Below, piece after piece: positions 60,401 through 64,000 of a DNA stretch of 64,000 nt. The stretch comes from Azolla caroliniana. Taxonomy: Eukaryota; Plantae; Polypodiophyta. The stretch covers positions 9,176,001 through 9,240,000 of the forward strand of contig JBHGNT010000020.1 of the NCBI GenBank assembly GCA_043228905.1, read 5' to 3'. Position 1 is the first letter of the stretch, and every line of letters begins with the position of its first letter. Both the position numbers and the translations under genes were made by a program. The notes beneath the pieces were generated by a model, which was given only the letters and a program-made list of their open reading frames with translations, was not told the DNA's origin and did not search any database.

Positions 60401-62812
60401 ACGAAGTAAGAGGCACCGCCTAGAGACTGATGCGGCATTGGGCCACAGACGTCCGAATGGACTAAATCGAGAGGTCTCGTTTCTCTTGGTGCTGATGTCG
60501 GGTGTGATGCGGCTACTTGTTTGCCATACTGGCAATGCTCGCAGAATTGATGGTCCGAGAAGGAGAGTTTGGGGATGTATCCGGCGCTAGATAGGTGCGT
60601 GATGCCGGCCTTGCTGAGGTGTCCTAATCTTCGGTGCCATAATGATGACACAGGAATATCCACCAAAAACAGGTTACCCTCTCTGAGCGTAACATGTAAC
60701 GGATACAGTGAGTGTATCTTGGGTCCTCTAGCAAGCAGGAGGTTCCCCCTGTGGAGTGTCCACCCTCCCGAAGAAAAACCGGCACGAATGCCGTCTTCAT
60801 CTAGTTGTCCGACTGAGATCAATGGCCTTGTGAGCTCGGGTACATGTCGGACATTGTGGAGTACAAGTGTAGAGCCCCCTGCAAGGTTGAGCTCTACTGT
60901 GCCGATTCCGACGATGTCACAGTGTTGTGAGTTGCCGACTCGAACTGAGTCGGAGTGACGGATCGTATATTGCCGAAATTGGGATCGATGAGGAGTCACG
61001 TGAAATGACGCGCCCGAATCCAAGAGCCATGTGCTCGATTCTTCAGTCGTGAGTAGAACTTCTGATCCGACTGGATTTTCTATTGATAGTATATTCGGGT
61101 CGTCCGGTAGTACATCAGCTGAGAAGCTGACGTAATTGATCTCCTCATGCCGGCCACTCTTCTTGTTGTTCTTGTTCTTGAGTGCGCGGCAGTCGGTTTT
61201 GATGTGTCCGGGTTTCTTGCAATAGTTGCAGATTCGGTTATCCCGTGACTGGCTCCGTCTTCGCTGATTGTTCGGCGGCCGTGAGGAATCTCGTCCTCGT
61301 ATGTTCGATCGGTCTGTCGAACCTTGTACTACGTAGGCGTCGTCTGTTGAGTCTTTGGCGAAAGACTTTCTCCGAGCTGCTTCGGTCAGGATTGCGCTCG
61401 TGACTTCGGAGTATTTAACAGCCGTGGTTGACGCGTTGCACACGGTTGTGACGAAAGTTTCCCATGATGGGGGAAGGCTGCTCATGAGTATCATTGCTCT
61501 GAGTTCATCCTCGATTGCCGTCCCCTGTGACGAGATTTGGGAGCTTATGCTTTCGTACTCATTGAGGTGTGCTTGGACCGAGTCGGATTCTTTCATCCGC
61601 AAGTTGTAGAGGCGCCGGATCAGAAACATCTTCGTTGCGGCGACCTTCTTTTCGTAAGTGTCCGACAGTGTTTTCCACAGTTCGAATGCTGTCGTACACG
61701 ATTGCACCGTGAAGTATACCGATTCCGATAGGTGCATCCGAATCGTGGCGCGGACGATTCTGTCCAGCTTCTGCCACTCAATTGGTTTGTATCCTTCTGG
61801 AGGTTCTTCATTTTCGATGGGATCGATTTGCCCCTTGACTATGAGATAGTCCTGCATTTGCTCCTTCCAGAAGTTAAAGTTCGATCCATCGAACTTTCGT
61901 AGACTCATTTCTGACGAGCCGGATGTTGATGCCATCAAATTTGGTTTCGGTTGACGAAGCTCGGTTCGGAGTTGACTACGAATCTTGTTGGAGTGCAGCC
62001 TGTTGGCTCACCCGATATCGTTCTAGTCGGATTTGAACCCGAGTCGGTTCGGCTTCGGATATATGTATTGTTGAACTTGCTCGAATTGACTACGGTAACC
62101 TGAGGGACAGAACCGACTGGTCTTCCCGAATGTCGCCGAGTCGGAGTGAGCCCGGTTCGCTTCGGATATATATGCCGAATACCGATTATTGAAACCGATT
62201 ATCTGGACCGATTCGGCTTCGGGTGACTGCAGCGACGAGAGAGACGGATCCGACTGATCCTCCCGAATGTCGATCAGCCAGATGAAGCACGAATTTGGGT
62301 TGTTGTCAAAGTTGCACAAGGGGATTTCACCTCGAGCGGTTACGATCACAAGGGACAGAGTACAACCTGCTGGCTTACTCCAAGCAAGGGGATCTAATGC
62401 GATGAGGTGCAAACCTCGTTTTTGTTCTTCTTCTCTCTTTCTTCGAATGACGCAGGAAACCGAGTGCAGAGACGACGGCCGACAGCGGATTGAAGGACCG
62501 ACTACTGTGCAGGCTCTGATACCAGATGTTGGAAGCAATGTCGTCAGTGCGGAAGATCTTGAAGCACTCGATTCCTGTTTATTCCCTGTGTATGACAGAA
62601 TGTAGGTCGTTGCACAGAGAGAGAGAGAGAGAGAGAGAGACACAAAAGACTCTTTATTTCACAAAGCAATAATACAACAACCAACCTCACAAAGAGGTTA
62701 CAAGGTCACTATATATAGTGACCGACTTAGGGCAACTACCCTTTATGCTAATTACATAAATGGTCTAAAACGGGATGGTGTGAATACGTCCATTATACAC
62801 ATGTATTCGACA
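57443..62812 (-). mobile_element. Ty1/Copia K2, full length, very recent
   Basis: 286-bp LTRs 57443-57728 and 62527-62812 with no difference seen by eye; TSD GATGT (57438-57442, 62813-62817); PBS TGGTATCAGAGC 62513-62524; PPT 57729-57737. Confidence 0.96.
57922..61938 (-). CDS. K2 gag-pol polyprotein, intact except for one TGA before RNase H
   Basis: 1175-aa ORF 58411-61938 (gag, CCHC, LDSGAS, integrase, RT YVDD). RNase H continues in frame to 57922 after the stop at 58411-58413, where K1 has CGA. Confidence 0.93.
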
Positions 62813-64000
62813 GATGTCAGGCCGTGTCGCGACCATCAGGTACATAAGGGAGCCGACTGCCGGTGCATACGGTACCGACTTCATATCTTCCCCCTCCGAA
62901 CCGGATGTCGGGCAGTCTCGCTGAGAGAGCCGAAGATTCATAGGGAGTGGGGTTGAAGCAGATTTGGCTGATTGCATGTTGAAGCGTTCCAAGACACGTC
63001 CGATATAGTCGGTCTGAGACAAAAAAAGATGTCGTTTATCGCGATGCCGACTAATCTTCATGCCAAGGATGTGTCGTGCCGGACCGAGGTCCTTCATGGC
63101 AAACTTCAACCGCAGTTGCCGAACGAGATCGGCAAGTTCGCCCGCGTGGCGTCCAGAAATTAGCATGTCGTCCACGTAAATGATGAGGAAGATGGGTGAT
63201 CCATCTCGAGCTGTGTTGGTGAAGAGACAATGGTCCTCATCGCTTTTGGAGAAGCCGATTGATTGGATGAAGTCGTCGAACTTCTTGTACCATTGTCGCG
63301 GTGCCTGTTTGAGGCCGTATAGACTCTTCCTGAGTCGGCAGACTAGATGTTCTTGGCCAGTTGCCACGAAGCCTTTTGGCTGCTCCATATAAATTTCCTC
63401 CTCGAGATCACCATGGAGGAAGGCTGTTTTGACATCTAGCTGAATCAGCTCCAAGTTGTCAGCTGCCACGACGCCGAGCAGAAGACGAAGGGTTGTCATT
63501 TTCACCACTGGTGAAAAAATCTCGTCGAAGTCGACGCCATATTCTTGTCGGAAGCCCTTCGCAACTAATCTGGCCTTGTACTTTGGGGTGGTCGAATCAG
63601 ACGTCTCTTTTAGTCGATAAACCCACTTGCAAGGAAGAGCACGTCGGTTCCTAGGTAATTCGACCAGATCCCAAGTCTTGTTTGCCCGGATGGAGTGCAT
63701 TTCCGACTCCATCGCCAGATGCCAGGTGGCCGAATCGACAGATGTCGATGCTTCTTCGTAAGACGTCGGTTCGCCGGCGTCGGTGAAGAAAATTCCAGGA
63801 GAATACCTCTCCGGAGGTTGCGACAGTCTCTCGGATCGTCGAGGTATGATTGGACTGGTCGCATCGGGTATCGAGGTCGGATGGTCCGAAACCGAATCAT
63901 TCGGCTGTGCCGAGTCAGAGTTGTCCGAGTCGGTAGTATAAGGTTCAGCTACCCGTGAAGCTGACCGTGTGTTGAGAGCGGGGCCTTCTTGAAGGGTCGG

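Larger units (their letters stand above)
56341..64000 (-). mobile_element. Ty1/Copia K1 (Tork-like), runs off the right edge; split in RT by K2
   Basis: 3' LTR 56341-56626; PPT 56627-56635; RNase H/RT 56820-57442 resumes at 62818. Confidence 0.95.

Noticed and set aside
62765-63712. separate 315-aa RT gene with a novel C-terminus
   Set aside because: This is K1 RT running into the K2 LTR at the insertion junction.

Overview
This is plant nuclear DNA, probably from a non-seed plant. That is an inference from the mix of Tcn1-like, Phygy/Ylt1-like, Athila-like and Copia elements plus a PLS-class PPR remnant. The window is an almost continuous nest of LTR retrotransposons with no intact host gene. 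I reconstructed the nesting from LTR ends, PBS/PPT motifs, target-site duplications (TSDs) and reading frames that resume across junctions. (1) A Tcn1-like chromovirus lies on the minus strand at <1-5120 and is interrupted by a segment carrying a PPR pseudogene. (2) An old Athila-like Gypsy 'G' is scattered at 5121-5207, 17155-17375 and 48385-50934. (3) G hosts solo LTR 'F' (5208-17149), which holds gag-only element B1 (5328-16700), which holds Athila-like J1 (7988-14863). (4) G also hosts Copia A (17470-48325). A contains gag-only B2 (19175-39105), which holds Copia C and Phygy-like D, and D holds gag-only B3. A also contains Copia H (42456-47640), which holds an inverted pair of J 5' ends. 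(5) An unassigned segment at 51570-56340 carries a probably spliced accessory gene whose intron contains an array of 37-bp hairpins. (6) A very young Tork-like Copia K2 (57443-62812) is inserted into a near-identical K1. The best leads are the hairpin-array intron gene, the tRNA-Trp-primed gag-only family with 4-bp CG-centred TSDs next to its likely autonomous partner, a conserved third ORF in two Gypsy families, and a self-priming LTR with a tRNA-like Pol III module. Lineage names come from recalled motifs, not database searches, and junction coordinates were read by eye (within a few bp).
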